This document shows, one piece after another, positions 18,287 to 33,299 of a DNA stretch of 64,000 bases; positions within the stretch are counted from its first letter, which is position 1; each line of letters begins with the position of its first letter. The stretch covers positions 3,107 through 67,106 of the forward strand of contig JAQTXC010000005.1 of NCBI GenBank assembly GCA_028689015.1, written 5' to 3'. The DNA comes from Dechloromonas sp. (GTDB lineage: Bacteria > Pseudomonadota > Gammaproteobacteria > Burkholderiales > Rhodocyclaceae). A program made the position numbers and the translations under genes. Under the pieces are notes generated by a model that was not told the DNA's origin, did not search any database, and saw nothing but the letters and a program-made list of their open reading frames with translations.

Positions 18287-19153
18287 ATGTCTACAGCAGG
18301 CCACGAAGCAGCAGCGAACGCGCCCACCGCCGGCGAATACATCGTTCACCACCTTACGCACTGGAACTCCACCGGTCACGCCCAAAAGGACGTTATCGAC
18401 TTCAGTGTAATTAACATCGACACCATGATCTTCTCCGTCCTGATGGGCGTGGTGGGTCTGTTCGTTATGTGGCGCGTCGCCAAAAGCGTCACCTCCGGCG
18501 TTCCTGGTCGCATGCAGGCCGCCGTTGAAATCGTTCTCGACATGGTGAACGAGCAAGCCAAGGGCATCGTGCATAGCGCCGAATCCCGCAAGTTCGTCGG
18601 CCCCCTGGCGCTGACCGTGTTCATCTGGATCTTCCTGATGAACTCGATGGACTTCCTGCCGCTCGACCTGCTGCCGACCTTGTGGCAGACCATTACCGGC
18701 GACCACCACGCTTACTTGCGCATCGTTCCCTCGGCTGACCTGAATGGCACCTTGGGTATGTCGATCGGCGTACTGCTGGTCTGTGTTTATTACAACATCA
18801 AAATCAAGGGCTTCGGCGGCTGGGTGCACGAACTCTTCACCGCCCCGTTCGGTAGCCATCCACTGCTCTACCCGGTGAATTTCGCCATGCAAATGATCGA
18901 ATTCCTGGCCAAAACTGTTTCGCACGGCATGCGACTGTTCGGCAACATGTACGCTGGTGAGTTGGTGTTCATGCTGATTGCCCTGATGGGTGCCGCCTGG
19001 TCGGCCAGCGCCACAGGGGTTTCCCTGTTCGCCGGCCACATCATTGCGGGCTCGATCTGGGCGATCTTCCACATCCTGATCGTTGCACTGCAAGCCTTCA
19101 TCTTCATGATGCTGACCCTGGTTTACGTTGGCCAAGCACACGAAGCACACTGA
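18287..19153 (+). CDS. atpB: F0 subunit a
   Basis: NIDTM, MNSMDFLP, RLFGNMYAGE, LQAFIFMMLTLVY. Confidence 0.97.
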   Translation: MSTAGHEAAANAPTAGEYIVHHLTHWNSTGHAQKDVIDFSVINIDTMIFSVLMGVVGLFVMWRVAKSVTSGVPGRMQAAVEIVLDMVNEQAKGIVHSAESRKFVGPLALTVFIWIFLMNSMDFLPLDLLPTLWQTITGDHHAYLRIVPSADLNGTLGMSIGVLLVCVYYNIKIKGFGGWVHELFTAPFGSHPLLYPVNFAMQMIEFLAKTVSHGMRLFGNMYAGELVFMLIALMGAAWSASATGVSLFAGHIIAGSIWAIFHILIVALQAFIFMMLTLVYVGQAHEAH

Positions 19154-19196
19154 TTTATCTGTAGTTTTTGTTTTATCTTTACTTACTTAACCTTAG

Positions 19197-19457
<261 letters not shown>

Positions 19458-19498
19458 TCGCGCCTCTTCGATCAACCGTTTAAAAGAGGACTAGAACC

Positions 19499-19969
19499 GT
19501 GAATCTGAACGCAACGTTGTTTGCACAGCTCGTTGTGTTCTTCATTCTGGCGTGGTTCACGATGCAATTCGTGTGGCCCCCCATTGTGAAGGCGCTCGAC
19601 GAGCGTGCGAAGAAGATCGCGGATGGACTGGCTGCTGCCGAACGTGGCAAGCAGGATCTCGAACTGGCCACCAAGCGTTCGACGGAGTCTCTCCGCGAAG
19701 GCAAGGAAAAGGCTGCTGAATTGATCGCCAACGCTGAAAAGCGGGCGGCTCAACTGATCGAAGAAGCCAAGCTCAACGCCAAGGTCGAAGCTGACCGTGT
19801 CGTTGCCGGCGCCAAAGCTGAAATCGAACAGGAAGCCGTGCGTGCCAAAGAGCAACTGCGCGAACAAGTGGCAGGCTTGGTCATTACCGGCGCCGAGCAA
19901 ATTCTGCGTCGCGAGATCAACGCACAAGTCCATTCCGACATTCTGGCTACGATCAAACAGGATCTGTAA
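19499..19969 (+). CDS. atpF: F0 subunit b
   Basis: NLNATLFAQ...FVWPP...IADGL; GTG start. Confidence 0.97.
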   Translation: MNLNATLFAQLVVFFILAWFTMQFVWPPIVKALDERAKKIADGLAAAERGKQDLELATKRSTESLREGKEKAAELIANAEKRAAQLIEEAKLNAKVEADRVVAGAKAEIEQEAVRAKEQLREQVAGLVITGAEQILRREINAQVHSDILATIKQDL

Positions 19970-19974
19970 AGCTT

Positions 19975-20508
19975 ATGGCTGAATCCGTCACCATCGCTCG
20001 CCCCTACGCCGACGCCGCTTATCAGCTGGCCAAGGAATCCGGGGCCCAGGGCCTCTGGTCGCAGCGCCTGCAACTGCTGGCGCTGATCGCCCAGGACGGG
20101 GACATGGCTACGGTCATGAGCAATCCCCGGCTCTCCACTGAGCAGATTGCCGAATTGTTTATTTCCTTGTCTAACGACAATGATGCAGTTTTGGGCAATT
20201 TCGTTCGTACCCTCGCAGAAAACCGGCGTCTCGCACTCCTGCCGGAGATTTCCCGGCTTTTCGAAATGGCCAAGAGCCAGGAAGAAGGGGTCAAGGAGGC
20301 GGTGGTGCATTCCGCATTCCCCATTGACGAAAACCAAGTGGCTGCCCTGCTGCAACAGCTGGAACCCCGCTTCGGTACCCGCCTCATTGCTCGCGTCGAA
20401 CTCGACCCGAGCCTGATCGGTGGCGTACGAATCGCAGTGGGTGACCAGGTGCTGGATGCTTCAGTCCGCGGCAAACTCGACGCGATGGCCGTGGCGCTGA
20501 ACAACTAG
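19975..20508 (+). CDS. atpH: F1 subunit delta
   Basis: TIARPYA, LIGG, DASVRGKL. Confidence 0.97.
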   Translation: MAESVTIARPYADAAYQLAKESGAQGLWSQRLQLLALIAQDGDMATVMSNPRLSTEQIAELFISLSNDNDAVLGNFVRTLAENRRLALLPEISRLFEMAKSQEEGVKEAVVHSAFPIDENQVAALLQQLEPRFGTRLIARVELDPSLIGGVRIAVGDQVLDASVRGKLDAMAVALNN

Positions 20509-20517
20509 GAGAATTTC

Positions 20518-22056
20518 ATGCAGTTGAATCCTTCCGAAATTTCTGAACTGATCAAGAGCAAGATCCAGAACCTGCAAGGCGCATCGGAAGTGCGTACGCA
20601 GGGCACCGTTGTTTCCGTCACTGACGGTATCGTTCGTGTGCATGGCTTGCAAGACGTTATGCAAGGTGAAATGCTGGAATTCCCCGGCAACACCATCGGC
20701 ATGGCACTCAACCTCGAGCGCGATTCCGTCGGCGCCGTTATCCTCGGCGAATACGAGCATATTTCAGAAGGCGACGTGGTCAAAACCACCGGCCGCATTC
20801 TGGAAGTGCCCGTCGGACCGGAACTTCTTGGCCGCGTGGTCAACACCCTCGGTCAACCGATCGATGGTAAAGGTCCCATCAACGCCAAGGAAACCGACAA
20901 GCTGGAAAAGGTCGCCCCAGGCGTCATCTGGCGTAAGTCGGTGTCCCAGCCGGTGCAAACCGGTCTGAAGTGTGTGGACTCGATGGTGCCGGTCGGTCGC
21001 GGTCAGCGCGAGCTGATCATTGGCGACCGTCAGACCGGCAAGACCGCTGTTGCGGTCGACGCCATCATCAACCAGAAAGGCAAGAACCTCTTCTGCGTTT
21101 ATGTGGCAATCGGTCAAAAGGCCTCCACTATCGCCAACGTCGTTCGCAAGCTGGAAGAGCATGGCGCGATGGAAAACACCATCGTCGTTGCCGCCTCGGC
21201 CTCCGAATCCGCTGCACTGCAATACTTGGCACCGTATGCCGGTTGCACCATGGGTGAGTACTTCCGCGATCGCGGCCAGGACGCCCTGATCGTTTATGAC
21301 GATTTGACCAAGCAGGCTTGGGGCTATCGTCAAGTTTCCCTGCTGCTGCGTCGTCCGCCAGGCCGTGAAGCCTATCCGGGTGATGTTTTCTATCTCCACT
21401 CCCGTCTACTGGAGCGTGCAGCTCGCGTTTCTGAAGCTTGGGTTGAGCGCTTCACCAACGGAGAAGTCAAAGGCAAGAGTGGTTCGTTGACCGCCCTGCC
21501 AGTGATTGAAACCCAGGCAGGTGACGTTTCCGCTTTCGTTCCGACCAACGTGATTTCGATTACCGATGGTCAGATCTTCCTGGAAACCGACCTGTTCAAC
21601 GCTGGTATCCGTCCCGCGATCAACGCCGGTATTTCGGTGTCCCGCGTCGGTGGTGCCGCTCAAACCAAACTGATCAAGAAGCTCGGCGGCGGTGTTCGTC
21701 TGGCCCTGGCTCAGTATCGCGAACTTGCTGCTTTTGCCCAGTTTGCTTCCGACCTCGACGAAGCCACCCGCAAGCAGCTAGAGCGTGGCCGTCTGGTGAC
21801 CGAGCTGATGAAGCAGGCCCAGTATTCCCCGATGAGCATCTCCGAGATGGCCGTGACGCTGTACGCAGCGGACAAGGGCTACTTTGATGATGTCGAAGTC
21901 AAGCGCGCGCTGGAATGCGAAAAGTCCTTGATCAGCTACCTCAAGGCCAATTGCGGCGATGTCATGAACACCATGGAGTCGAAGGCTGACCTCGACGGCG
22001 AAACTGAAAAGGCCCTCGCCGCCGGTATCCAGGCTTTCAAGAACACCTGGGCTTGA
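20518..22056 (+). CDS. atpA: F1 subunit alpha
   Basis: [21 protein letters not shown]. Confidence 0.99.
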   Translation: MQLNPSEISELIKSKIQNLQGASEVRTQGTVVSVTDGIVRVHGLQDVMQGEMLEFPGNTIGMALNLERDSVGAVILGEYEHISEGDVVKTTGRILEVPVGPELLGRVVNTLGQPIDGKGPINAKETDKLEKVAPGVIWRKSVSQPVQTGLKCVDSMVPVGRGQRELIIGDRQTGKTAVAVDAIINQKGKNLFCVYVAIGQKASTIANVVRKLEEHGAMENTIVVAASASESAALQYLAPYAGCTMGEYFRDRGQDALIVYDDLTKQAWGYRQVSLLLRRPPGREAYPGDVFYLHSRLLERAARVSEAWVERFTNGEVKGKSGSLTALPVIETQAGDVSAFVPTNVISITDGQIFLETDLFNAGIRPAINAGISVSRVGGAAQTKLIKKLGGGVRLALAQYRELAAFAQFASDLDEATRKQLERGRLVTELMKQAQYSPMSISEMAVTLYAADKGYFDDVEVKRALECEKSLISYLKANCGDVMNTMESKADLDGETEKALAAGIQAFKNTWA

Positions 22057-22071
22057 TCTTAGGAGAACGCC

Positions 22072-24376
<2,305 letters not shown>

Positions 24377-24404
24377 TGCAGTATCAGCAGAATAGGAGCC
24401 AGCA

Positions 24405-24830
24405 ATGGTTATGACCGTTCATTGTGATGTCGTCAGTGCCGAAGAATCCATTTTCTCCGGCCTGGTGGAAATCGCAGTGTTCCCCGGCGAAGCCGGGGAA
24501 CTGGGCATCCTGCCAAAGCACACACCGCTTCTGACCCGCATCAAGCCCGGCACCATTCGTTTAAAGGTGCCGGACAACAGCGAGTTCGAACTGGTCTATG
24601 TGTCCGGTGGCATGCTTGAGGTACAACCCGACATGATTACCGTGTTGGCGGATACCGCGATTCGCGCCCACGATCTGGACGAAGCCAAGGCGCTGGAAGC
24701 CAAGAAGCATGCCGAGGAAGCCCTCGCCAATCGGCAAGCAGAAATGGATTACGCCGCCGCCGAAGCCGAACTGGCTGAAGCGATCGCCCAGTTGCAAACG
24801 ATTCAACGTCTGCGCAAGCACACGCACTGA
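24405..24830 (+). CDS. atpC: F1 subunit epsilon
   Basis: [16 protein letters not shown], last gene of the operon. Confidence 0.97.
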   Translation: MVMTVHCDVVSAEESIFSGLVEIAVFPGEAGELGILPKHTPLLTRIKPGTIRLKVPDNSEFELVYVSGGMLEVQPDMITVLADTAIRAHDLDEAKALEAKKHAEEALANRQAEMDYAAAEAELAEAIAQLQTIQRLRKHTH

Positions 24831-24844
24831 GATCGATTGCCATG

Positions 24845-24873
24845 AAAAAAGCAGCCTGCGGGCTGCTTTTTTT
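24845..24873. terminator. Bidirectional intrinsic terminator between atpC and ubiJ
   Basis: AAAAAA-GCAGCC-TGCG-GGCTGC-TTTTTTT. Confidence 0.9.
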
Positions 24874-24933
24874 ATACGCTAATTTTTCAATGCCAAAGGA
24901 AGTCGACCGCCCCGCTGTCGAGCAACTCAGTCC

Positions 24934-25503
24934 TCAAAGCCGCCCAAAGCGCTTTTCCAGACGCGCCAGATCATCACGAAGACCATTCACTGCGGCCGAA
25001 AATTCCGACACTTCGTGAGCCGAAGGAAGCAAGGCGGCCTCTTCGACACTATATTCAGTAATATTTTCCGCCAGACTGCGGCCACCGCGCAGCAGCGCGC
25101 GGTTCAAACCCTGCGCCAGCAGTCTGAAACGACGGGCCGGAATATCACCAATCAGGCGCGCCACATCCCCCTCCGCATCCCACGATAAATTGCGAAATAC
25201 GAACGCCAGCGTTTCCGCAACATCGACTGCCCCCTGCAAACGAGCCGTTGCAAACAGGCGTTCACGGTCGACCAAGGCTTTGGCCGGAAAATCGTTCGGC
25301 AAACTCACTGTGACCGTGGGTTGCGACGATGGATCCGCCAAGGCCGTCAGGCCATCATTTTGAATTTGGTAGTGAATGTGCATCGCCCCGCCCTGCAGCG
25401 CCACCACCGCGCCAGCATGCGCCCGCAAGCGCTCACACGCCCACGGCGATTGCCGGAGCACATGATTGAGCGAACGGATGAATAAACGATCCAGACCCAG
25501 CAT
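24934..25503 (-). CDS. ubiJ: Ubiquinone biosynthesis accessory factor (SCP2 domain)
   Basis: SCP2-like N-terminus, WDAEGDVARLIGD, LRDDLARLEKR; follows ubiE. Confidence 0.8.
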   Translation of the reverse strand: MLGLDRLFIRSLNHVLRQSPWACERLRAHAGAVVALQGGAMHIHYQIQNDGLTALADPSSQPTVTVSLPNDFPAKALVDRERLFATARLQGAVDVAETLAFVFRNLSWDAEGDVARLIGDIPARRFRLLAQGLNRALLRGGRSLAENITEYSVEEAALLPSAHEVSEFSAAVNGLRDDLARLEKRFGRL

Positions 25504-25508
25504 GTGAT

Positions 25509-26246
25509 TTAAAATTTGTAACCGCGGTGCAGGGCGACCACACCCAGCGCCAGGTTGAAATACTCGACACGTTCAAGCCCGACGCCTTCCATGATCTGCT
25601 TCAAACTTTCCTGATCGGGATGCATGCGGATCGACTCGGAGAGATAACGGTAGCTGTCGGCATCCTGGGTCACCAGTTTCCCTACCCGCGGAATGATCTG
25701 GAAGGAGTAGAAGTCATAAACGGGGGCCAGCGGCTTCCAGACCTGTGAAAACTCAAGAATCAGCAAACAGCCCCCCGGCCGCAAGACACGGCGCATTTCG
25801 GCGATGGCTGCATCTTTATGAGTCATGTTGCGCAAGCCAAAAGCCACGGTCACGCAATCAAAGTAATCATCGGGGAAAGGCAGTTTTTCGGCATCGCATT
25901 GTGCCACCGGCAGCATGTAACCCTTGTCAGTCAGACGGTCGCGGCCACGGGCCAGCATCGCATTATTGATGTCGGTCAGCCAGACCTGGCCCTGCGGCCC
26001 GACCCGCTTGGCAAAGGCCAGTGACAAATCGCCCGTCCCGCCCGCGACATCCAGTACCCGGGCACCGGGTCGAACACCGCTGCGCTGGATGGTGAACGCC
26101 TTCCACAATCGGTGCAGGCCACCGGACATCAAATCATTCATCAGGTCGTAGCGACTGGCCACCGAATCGAAAACCTCAGCGACCCGCCGGGCTTTTTCCT
26201 GCTCGGCGACGGTTTCATAACCAAAATGGGTTGTTTCGTTTTTCAT
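25509..26246 (-). CDS. ubiE: Ubiquinone/menaquinone C-methyltransferase
   Basis: [34 protein letters not shown]. Confidence 0.97.
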   Translation of the reverse strand: MKNETTHFGYETVAEQEKARRVAEVFDSVASRYDLMNDLMSGGLHRLWKAFTIQRSGVRPGARVLDVAGGTGDLSLAFAKRVGPQGQVWLTDINNAMLARGRDRLTDKGYMLPVAQCDAEKLPFPDDYFDCVTVAFGLRNMTHKDAAIAEMRRVLRPGGCLLILEFSQVWKPLAPVYDFYSFQIIPRVGKLVTQDADSYRYLSESIRMHPDQESLKQIMEGVGLERVEYFNLALGVVALHRGYKF

Positions 26247-26250
26247 CGTA

Positions 26251-26667
26251 TTAGTGCCGTTGACCGCAAGCAGATCCGGCGCTCCGGACTGAATTGTCAA
26301 TATCGCGCGATAAACCTTGCGCCGCCAGTTGTTCGAGATAAGTTGCCCACAATGCATCCGCGTGCACCGCCAGATTGTGGAGCAAATCCCAAGTATATAA
26401 ACCGCTGTCGTGACCATCGGAAAAAACCAGGCGCAGGGCATATGTTCCCACGGGTTCAATTTGCAACAGATCGACTTCCCGCTTGCCAGTCTGTAGCACT
26501 TCCTGACCCGGCCCATGCCCACGCGCCTCAGCGGACGGGGTGTACACCCGCAGGTACTCAAAACTCAGCCGATAACTTGCTGTGTCGTAAATCAATTCCA
26601 GTTGCCGCGACGTCTGATGCAACCGGATCTCGGTCGGTATCGGCGTGTCTTTTTCCATGCCTGCCAT
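26251..26667 (-). CDS. DUF971 / gamma-butyrobetaine hydroxylase-like domain protein
   Basis: [34 protein letters not shown]; usual neighbour of ubiE. Confidence 0.85.
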   Translation of the reverse strand: MAGMEKDTPIPTEIRLHQTSRQLELIYDTASYRLSFEYLRVYTPSAEARGHGPGQEVLQTGKREVDLLQIEPVGTYALRLVFSDGHDSGLYTWDLLHNLAVHADALWATYLEQLAAQGLSRDIDNSVRSAGSACGQRH

Positions 26668-26719
26668 GCGATTCCCCAATTCAAGCCCGTTAGTTTAGCG
26701 CAGCCCCAGGCAGACGTAC

Positions 26720-28309
26720 TCAAGCATCGCTGTAGCTCACCCGATCAAAATCGCTGCCCCGCTGCAGGATGTTCAACATTCGCAAGCGCCCCAGGCGCTT
26801 ATCCTGGCGCGTCTCCAAGGTCCGGCTGGCCTGGTACAGACCCAGCGGCAGCACCAGCGAAGGTTCCTCGCCCACCCCGGGCACCGCAGGTAACTTGAAG
26901 GCCACCGCATAGCGGAGTGCCGGAACACCCTCGCTGGGCAAAGGCAGCAAGCGAACCGCCAAGGCTTGCGGCAACCCCGGCAGGATGGACAAGCCACAGA
27001 CCAGGGCACCCGCCTGATTCTCGACCAACCAGGTGACATGCGCCAGAAAAAAGCGTTTGCTGTCCGGCGGACAGACCGCGACCAGTTGCCCGTGCTGCAA
27101 ACTATGCCCGGGCCCATCGCGGCGCAGCCTGAAACCACTCGCCGAATGGTTAAGAACACGCCAGCTTTCGGTCTGTTCCGCAACATCCAGCGGCACGACA
27201 GCAGCTGCAACTTTGTCCCGGAAAATGTGTAATTGAACATGGTCACCACGGGAATATGCTTGCCGGCTATCCTGCGCAACAAAGGGCTGACCTGCCACCT
27301 GCTGATAAATCGCCTCCAGGCCACTGGTCAGGCGTGCCTGACCGTCGCTGGCAAAACGCCGGAAACGACGAACGGCGAGACTCTGACTCCACGGCGCAAC
27401 CAAGGACTGCAGCAAATGGATGACCTTGCCGGCCGGCTCCTCGCCCAGACCCAGTTGCTCTGGCCGCGATGTCTTTTTGAGTTTAGCCAGGGCATGGCGC
27501 GCCTCACGACCGACCGCCCGGATATCGAATAAACGCAAATTGGCCGTCGTCTCACCAGCGCCTTCCGCCGGGCACAGCGGCACATCGCGGTCCAGATGAA
27601 TGGGCAGCGTTCTTTCCTCGCTCACCGGCGGGCGTAATACCTGAGCCTTGCTTGACCATAACTCAGCCCAGCGCCGAATCATGTCGATGTTGCGTGCCCC
27701 CTGACTAGCAGGTCCCGCCAGATCACTCAACAAAATACTGGCGTAGGTGGCCAGACAACAAGTTTCAGCCGATGCCATAAAGCGGTCGGTGACCGACCGC
27801 TCCGCCAAGGACAATTCTTCAGCAACCTTATACGCCGCATGCACGGCCAGCCAGCAACCACCGACCAGTTCACGGCAGGCGCGGTAATGCTCAAAAATCA
27901 GCCGGCCGTTGTAGTAGAGACAACGCTGCAAGACCTCGGCCAGAAACTGCTGGGCATCGCTACTCGGTGGCGGCATGTCAACGCGCTGGGCGCAAAGTGC
28001 ATAGGCCTGCGCCATGCGTTGCAAGACCGCCTGGCAACGCAGGAAGGCCAGAGTCTCCAACTCACTCAGCGGAACGGGCCGCTGGCTGTAGTGACGAGCC
28101 AACTCTTCCCGAACCCGGCCCACCCCGGCGCGTAACCGCTCCAGCACGCCGAACAACACGTCGGGTTGCGGTGGCACGCGCAGCAGGCTGTCCAGCAAGC
28201 TGAGAACACCCTGTTCATAACGGACCGGATCATCCACCGGCAGTACGGCCAGATAATCCGTCGCCGCCTGGACACTGCCGACCACCGGCGCAAGAGGCAA
28301 GCGACTCAT
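26720..28309 (-). CDS. Conserved hypothetical protein, helical N-terminus with PilZ-like C-terminus (FimW-like)
   Basis: C-terminal W-x-V-L-N-H-S-A-S-G...GQLV beta-barrel pattern recalled from PilZ-like/FimW proteins; not verified. Confidence 0.5.
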   Translation of the reverse strand: MSRLPLAPVVGSVQAATDYLAVLPVDDPVRYEQGVLSLLDSLLRVPPQPDVLFGVLERLRAGVGRVREELARHYSQRPVPLSELETLAFLRCQAVLQRMAQAYALCAQRVDMPPPSSDAQQFLAEVLQRCLYYNGRLIFEHYRACRELVGGCWLAVHAAYKVAEELSLAERSVTDRFMASAETCCLATYASILLSDLAGPASQGARNIDMIRRWAELWSSKAQVLRPPVSEERTLPIHLDRDVPLCPAEGAGETTANLRLFDIRAVGREARHALAKLKKTSRPEQLGLGEEPAGKVIHLLQSLVAPWSQSLAVRRFRRFASDGQARLTSGLEAIYQQVAGQPFVAQDSRQAYSRGDHVQLHIFRDKVAAAVVPLDVAEQTESWRVLNHSASGFRLRRDGPGHSLQHGQLVAVCPPDSKRFFLAHVTWLVENQAGALVCGLSILPGLPQALAVRLLPLPSEGVPALRYAVAFKLPAVPGVGEEPSLVLPLGLYQASRTLETRQDKRLGRLRMLNILQRGSDFDRVSYSDA

Positions 28310-28746
28310 TGCGGAAGGTCTGGCAAGGCGGCCAGCGCCTGCTGCATGGCAGCCGCCAACTGCGCCGCCGACACCTTTGGTCGTAGCCCGGTCGAATCAC
28401 GCTGGCGCCGCCCCCAAATGGGTTCAGGAAAATGCGGGTCGTCGGCCCAGCGCGGAATGATGTGCCAATGCAGGTGCGGCACCATATTGCCAAAACTGGC
28501 CAGATTGATTTTCAGGGGATCGTAGAGCTGACGCAGCACCGCCTCGACCGCGAACACGACCGCCATCAGCGCCTGCTGCTGCGCCGTGGACAAATCACTC
28601 ATTTCGCGGACATGGGCCGTCCAGATGACCCGGCAAAACCCGGGATAGTCGGCCTCGTTGACCAGAACAATCCGACAGGCCGGCGACGACCAGAGCAACT
28701 CGCCCGCCGTCGTCGAACACAGTTCACACCGCCCGGTTTCGCTCAC
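28306..28746 (-). CDS. HIT family protein
   Basis: GNMVPHLHWHIIPR histidine triad. Confidence 0.93.
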   Translation of the reverse strand: MSETGRCELCSTTAGELLWSSPACRIVLVNEADYPGFCRVIWTAHVREMSDLSTAQQQALMAVVFAVEAVLRQLYDPLKINLASFGNMVPHLHWHIIPRWADDPHFPEPIWGRRQRDSTGLRPKVSAAQLAAAMQQALAALPDLPQ

Positions 28747-28825
28747 CTCGATCTCCCTTGCTCATCGCGCTCTGGCTGTCCGATCCGGCCCTACTGGCCC
28801 CCAGGGTCAGTCCGCACGCAACCGC

Positions 28826-31800
28826 TCACAACAATACGCGCTCGATCCCACCACGATTGGCCTTACCGACATAGTCGGCCATCCAGTTGTCACCCAGCAA
28901 GTGCTTCGCCATTTCAACCACGATGTAGTCAGCCTGCGTTCCGGCATCGTCATCATAACGTGACAGACCCTGCAGACAGGCGGGACAAGAGGTCAGGATC
29001 TTGACCTCGCCCTGGAAACCATCGGCCCGTAATTTCTCGGCCCCTTTCTCGATTTCCTGCTGCTTGCGGAACTTCACCTGGGTGGCGATATCCGGCCGCG
29101 AATAGGCAAATGAACCGGAGTCACCGCAGCAGCGATCAGTCAGCGGCACATCCTGACCCATCAAGGCTTTGGTAACGGCCAACGGCGTATAGGCCTTCAT
29201 CGGTGTGTGACAGGGATCATGGTACATGTAGCGCGTCCCTTCGACGCCCTCGAGCTTGACGCCCTTCTCCATTAGATATTCATGGATATCTAGCAGGCGG
29301 CAGCCCGGGAAAATCTTTTCGAACTGGTATTTCTGCAACTGATCCATGCAGGTTCCACATGAAACAATCACCGTCTTGATGTCGAGATAATTCAACGTGG
29401 TGGCAACACGATGGAAGAGCACGCGATTGTCGGTGGTGATCTTCTGCCCCTTGTCCTCGTCACCCGAGGATGTCTGCGGATAACCGCAGCACAAATAACC
29501 AGGCGGCAGCACCGTGGTGGCACCGACCTGATAGAGCATCGCCTGCGTCGCCAAGCCGACTTGCGAGAACAGGCGCTCGGAACCGCAGCCCGGAAAATAG
29601 AAAACGGCATCCGACTCATCGGTCGTTTTGTGCGGATTGCGGATGACCGGGATGACCTTGTCGTCCTCGATGTCGAGCAGGGCCCGCGACGTCCGTTTGG
29701 GCAAATTGCCCGGCATGGGCCGGTTCAGAAAGTGGATGACCTGCGTCTTGACGCTCGGAGCGCCGAGCGTTGCCGGCGGATGGGCGCGGCTATCCTGAAC
29801 CAGGCCAATGGCCTTGGCCGCCTTGTGGGCCAGGCGCTGCGCCTTGAAACCAAAGTCCATCATTACGCCGCGCATCAGCTTGATGGTCGCCGGATCCTTC
29901 AAATTAAGATACGTCATCGCCGCCACGGTCCCGGGACTGAAGCGCTTTTTGTCCTGCTTGCGCAGGAAATTGCGCATCGCCACCGAAACATCACCGAAAT
30001 CGATGTCGACCGGGCAAGGTTTGACGCAACGGTGGCAGACCGTGCAATGGTCGGCCACATCGTTGAATTCGTCGAAATGCTTGAGCGAAATACCACGCCG
30101 GGTCTGCTCTTCGTAAAGGAAGGCCTCGACCAGCAACGAAGTCGCCAGAATCTTGTTGCGCGGTGAGTAAAGCAGGTTGGCCCGCGGCACATGGGTCGAA
30201 CAGACCGGCTTGCATTTACCGCAACGCAAGCAATCCTTGACCATGTCCGAAATCTTGCCGATCTCGGATTGCTCCATGATCAGCGACTCGGTACCCAGCA
30301 AGCTGAACGACGGCGTATAGGCATTGCCCAGGTCGCCACCGGGCATCAGCTTGCCCTTGTTGAAACGGCCTTCCGGGTCGACCTTTTGCTTGTAGGCGCG
30401 GAAAGGGCCGAGTTCTTCTTCGGTCAGGAATTCCAGCTTGGTGATGCCGATGCCATGCTCGCCGGAAATGACGCCATCGAGCGAACGCGCCAGATGCATG
30501 ATGCGCTCGACCGCCTTGTTGGCGGTTTGCAACATGTCGTAATTGTCGGAATTGACCGGGATGTTGGTGTGCACATTGCCATCGCCGGCATGCATGTGCA
30601 GGGCGACAAAAACACGGCCGCGCAGCACGTCCTTGTGGATGGACTCAATGCGTTCGAGGATGGGACGATAGACCCCACCATCGAAAATTTTGGCCAGCCG
30701 CGCCTTCAACTCCTGCTTCCACGACGTACGAACCGAATAATCCTGCAAGCGATGGAACAGGATCGGATTCGCCGCCCGATTGGTCAACTCGCTGGCCACC
30801 ACACCGTAGGACGCAAAACGCGACTCAGCCTCGGCCAGCGGCAAGTCGAGGTTGTCGAGCAGCCATTCCCAGCGCAGGCGAACCGCAGCCACATAATCGA
30901 GCGCCGCTTGCTGGCGGTCGCCAATCAGCACCTCTTTGTCGAGATTGGCATCGCCCGCATGCAAGGGCAACTCACCTTGCAGGAACGCAGTCAACGCGTC
31001 GCACAGGGCCAATTTGTTCTGCGTCGACAACTCAATATTAATGCGCTCGATGCCATCGCAATAGTCGCCCATGCGCGGCAGCGGAATCACCACGTCTTCA
31101 TTCACCTTGAAGGCGTTGGTGTGGCGGGAGATGGCGGCGGTCCGCGAACGGTCAAGCCAGAATTTCTTGCGCGTTTCGCCGTCGACCGCGATGAAACCCT
31201 CGGCAGCCCGCAGGTTGCACATGCGGACGACTTCTGACGCAGCGGCCATCACCGCCTTTTCATCGTGGCCGACGAGATCGCCGATCAGCACCATTTTTGG
31301 GCGACCGTGGCGCTTGGCCTTGGTGGCATAGCCGACAGCCTTGACGTAGCGCTCGTCGAGGTGCTCCAGACCGGCCAGCTGCACACCAGCGGCATGCCCG
31401 GCACCGCCCGGCTTGAAGTAATCGGTGATCTCGACAATGGCCGGCACGGCCTCGCGCACCTGGCCGAAAAACTCTAAACAGACGGTCCGCGCCACCGGCG
31501 GCATTTTGTGCAGCACCCAGCGGGCAGCGACGATGATGCCGTCCGTGCCTTCCTTCTGCACGCCGGGAATGCCCCCAAGGAACTTGTCGGTCACATCCTT
31601 ACCCAGCCCGGTCTTGCGGCAGGCCGCTCCGGGCATGGTCAGGACCTCCTCGCCGAGCAATTTCCTGCCGCTCGGATCGAAGCGCTTGACGCGGAACTCG
31701 ACATTTTCCTGCTCGTGGATCTTGCCGTAGTTGTGATTGACCCGCTCAATCTCCAGCCAATTGCCATCGGGGTCGACCATCTTCCACCAGGCCAGATTGT

Positions 31801-32701
31801 CGAGCGCCGTGCCCCACAGCACGGCCTTTTTGCCACCCGCGTTCATGGCGATATTGCCGCCGATGCAGGAAGCCGAGGCCGAGGTCGGGTCGACCGCAAA
31901 CACGCGGCCAGCCAGCGAGGCGGCTTCGGACACCCGGTCGGTCACAACACCGGCGCCGGTGCGAATGCTGGCGTACGGCGTTTCATGGCCAGCCAGCACC
32001 AGCTCCTCAACCGGACCGATATCGATCAGTTTTTCGGTATTGATCACCGCCGAATACGGCGTCAACGGCACAGCGCCACCGGTGTAGCCAGTGCCGCCGC
32101 CGCGCGGGATGATGGTCAGACCAGCCTCGATGCAACCGCGCACCAGATGGCCAATCTCTTCCTCCGTATCCGGATAGAGAACGACGAAAGGATATTCGAC
32201 GCGCCAGTCGGTGGCATCGGTGACGTGCGAAACGCGGGCCAGGCCATCGAAGGCGATGTTGTCACGACGGGTATGCTTGCCGAGAATTTTCAGCGTCTTA
32301 CGCCGCAAGTCCCAGGTTTCGGAAAAACGCTGGGCGAAGCGGTCGACCGCAAGATGCGCCGCTTCAATCAAGACCTTGACCTTGGTCGACCGTTCCGGGT
32401 CCTCCGCCGCGCTCTCCGCCCGCCGCCGCTCGACTTCGCGCAGACGATGGCGCAAGGCCTCAACCAGCGCATCACGCCGCTCACGGTTATCAAGCAGGTC
32501 GTCTTCCAGATAGGGGTTGCGCTGCACCACCCAAATATCGCCCAGCACTTCGTACAACATGCGGGCGGAGCGCCCCGTCACGCGTTCGCTACGCAACTCA
32601 TCAAGCGTCGCCCAGTTATCAGGGCCAAGCAGGCGGATGACGATTTCACGATCGGAGAACGACGTGTAGTTATAAGGAATTTCGCGCAGGCGGGCAGTCA
32701 T
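28826..32701 (-). CDS. FAD-linked oxidase with Fe-S and CCG domains (DUF3683/DUF3400-type)
   Basis: [55 protein letters not shown] motifs. Confidence 0.9.
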   Translation of the reverse strand: MTARLREIPYNYTSFSDREIVIRLLGPDNWATLDELRSERVTGRSARMLYEVLGDIWVVQRNPYLEDDLLDNRERRDALVEALRHRLREVERRRAESAAEDPERSTKVKVLIEAAHLAVDRFAQRFSETWDLRRKTLKILGKHTRRDNIAFDGLARVSHVTDATDWRVEYPFVVLYPDTEEEIGHLVRGCIEAGLTIIPRGGGTGYTGGAVPLTPYSAVINTEKLIDIGPVEELVLAGHETPYASIRTGAGVVTDRVSEAASLAGRVFAVDPTSASASCIGGNIAMNAGGKKAVLWGTALDNLAWWKMVDPDGNWLEIERVNHNYGKIHEQENVEFRVKRFDPSGRKLLGEEVLTMPGAACRKTGLGKDVTDKFLGGIPGVQKEGTDGIIVAARWVLHKMPPVARTVCLEFFGQVREAVPAIVEITDYFKPGGAGHAAGVQLAGLEHLDERYVKAVGYATKAKRHGRPKMVLIGDLVGHDEKAVMAAASEVVRMCNLRAAEGFIAVDGETRKKFWLDRSRTAAISRHTNAFKVNEDVVIPLPRMGDYCDGIERINIELSTQNKLALCDALTAFLQGELPLHAGDANLDKEVLIGDRQQAALDYVAAVRLRWEWLLDNLDLPLAEAESRFASYGVVASELTNRAANPILFHRLQDYSVRTSWKQELKARLAKIFDGGVYRPILERIESIHKDVLRGRVFVALHMHAGDGNVHTNIPVNSDNYDMLQTANKAVERIMHLARSLDGVISGEHGIGITKLEFLTEEELGPFRAYKQKVDPEGRFNKGKLMPGGDLGNAYTPSFSLLGTESLIMEQSEIGKISDMVKDCLRCGKCKPVCSTHVPRANLLYSPRNKILATSLLVEAFLYEEQTRRGISLKHFDEFNDVADHCTVCHRCVKPCPVDIDFGDVSVAMRNFLRKQDKKRFSPGTVAAMTYLNLKDPATIKLMRGVMMDFGFKAQRLAHKAAKAIGLVQDSRAHPPATLGAPSVKTQVIHFLNRPMPGNLPKRTSRALLDIEDDKVIPVIRNPHKTTDESDAVFYFPGCGSERLFSQVGLATQAMLYQVGATTVLPPGYLCCGYPQTSSGDEDKGQKITTDNRVLFHRVATTLNYLDIKTVIVSCGTCMDQLQKYQFEKIFPGCRLLDIHEYLMEKGVKLEGVEGTRYMYHDPCHTPMKAYTPLAVTKALMGQDVPLTDRCCGDSGSFAYSRPDIATQVKFRKQQEIEKGAEKLRADGFQGEVKILTSCPACLQGLSRYDDDAGTQADYIVVEMAKHLLGDNWMADYVGKANRGGIERVLL

Positions 32702-32845
32702 GGAAGCAGCCGTGGTCCGTCAAAAGGTGGATTTTAGCGTATTGCAACGCAACACGCGGACTCGGTAGACCGGGTCCGGCAGTCAAGGTTCAGGGCTGCC
32801 CCGTATTGACCTGATTTCCCGTGGTCAACACAGCGCCGCCCCTGT

Positions 32846-33262
32846 TCATGCCGCCTGCACCAGCAGCCAGTAACGGGCAAATTTGCCAGCGGCCATAAAT
32901 AGACAACACGGCAGCCAGTGCAAACGCAGCCAGCCGGCGGCCAAGCACAGCGCATCGCCGACCAGCGGCAACCACGACAACAACAGGACGGGGCTGCCCC
33001 AACGGACAAGCTGGGCCTGGTACGGCAGATTGTCCATCCGCTGCCAGCGCGGCAGGTAGCGGCCACACCCCCACGACGTCAGGCCACCCGCCGTATTCCC
33101 CAGTGTCGCCAGCCAGAGCGCGGTCGACGCCTGTTCCGGGTGAATTTGCAGGAAACCCCACAACACCGCCTCCGAGCCGCCGGGCAATACGGTCGACGCC
33201 AGAAAACTGGCTAAAAACAAGCCACTCAGTCCCTGTTCCGCCGTGACGTTTAGCCACTCCAC
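32846..33262 (-). CDS. YqaA/DedA-like inner membrane protein
   Basis: FLASTVLPGGSE, GNTAGG, SWLPLVGDAL; GTG start at 33262 chosen to avoid overlap with ilvA. Confidence 0.85.
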   Translation of the reverse strand: MEWLNVTAEQGLSGLFLASFLASTVLPGGSEAVLWGFLQIHPEQASTALWLATLGNTAGGLTSWGCGRYLPRWQRMDNLPYQAQLVRWGSPVLLLSWLPLVGDALCLAAGWLRLHWLPCCLFMAAGKFARYWLLVQAA

Positions 33263-33299
33263 CCGTAGAATCCCCCTTTTGCCTTGTTGAGCTGCACGC

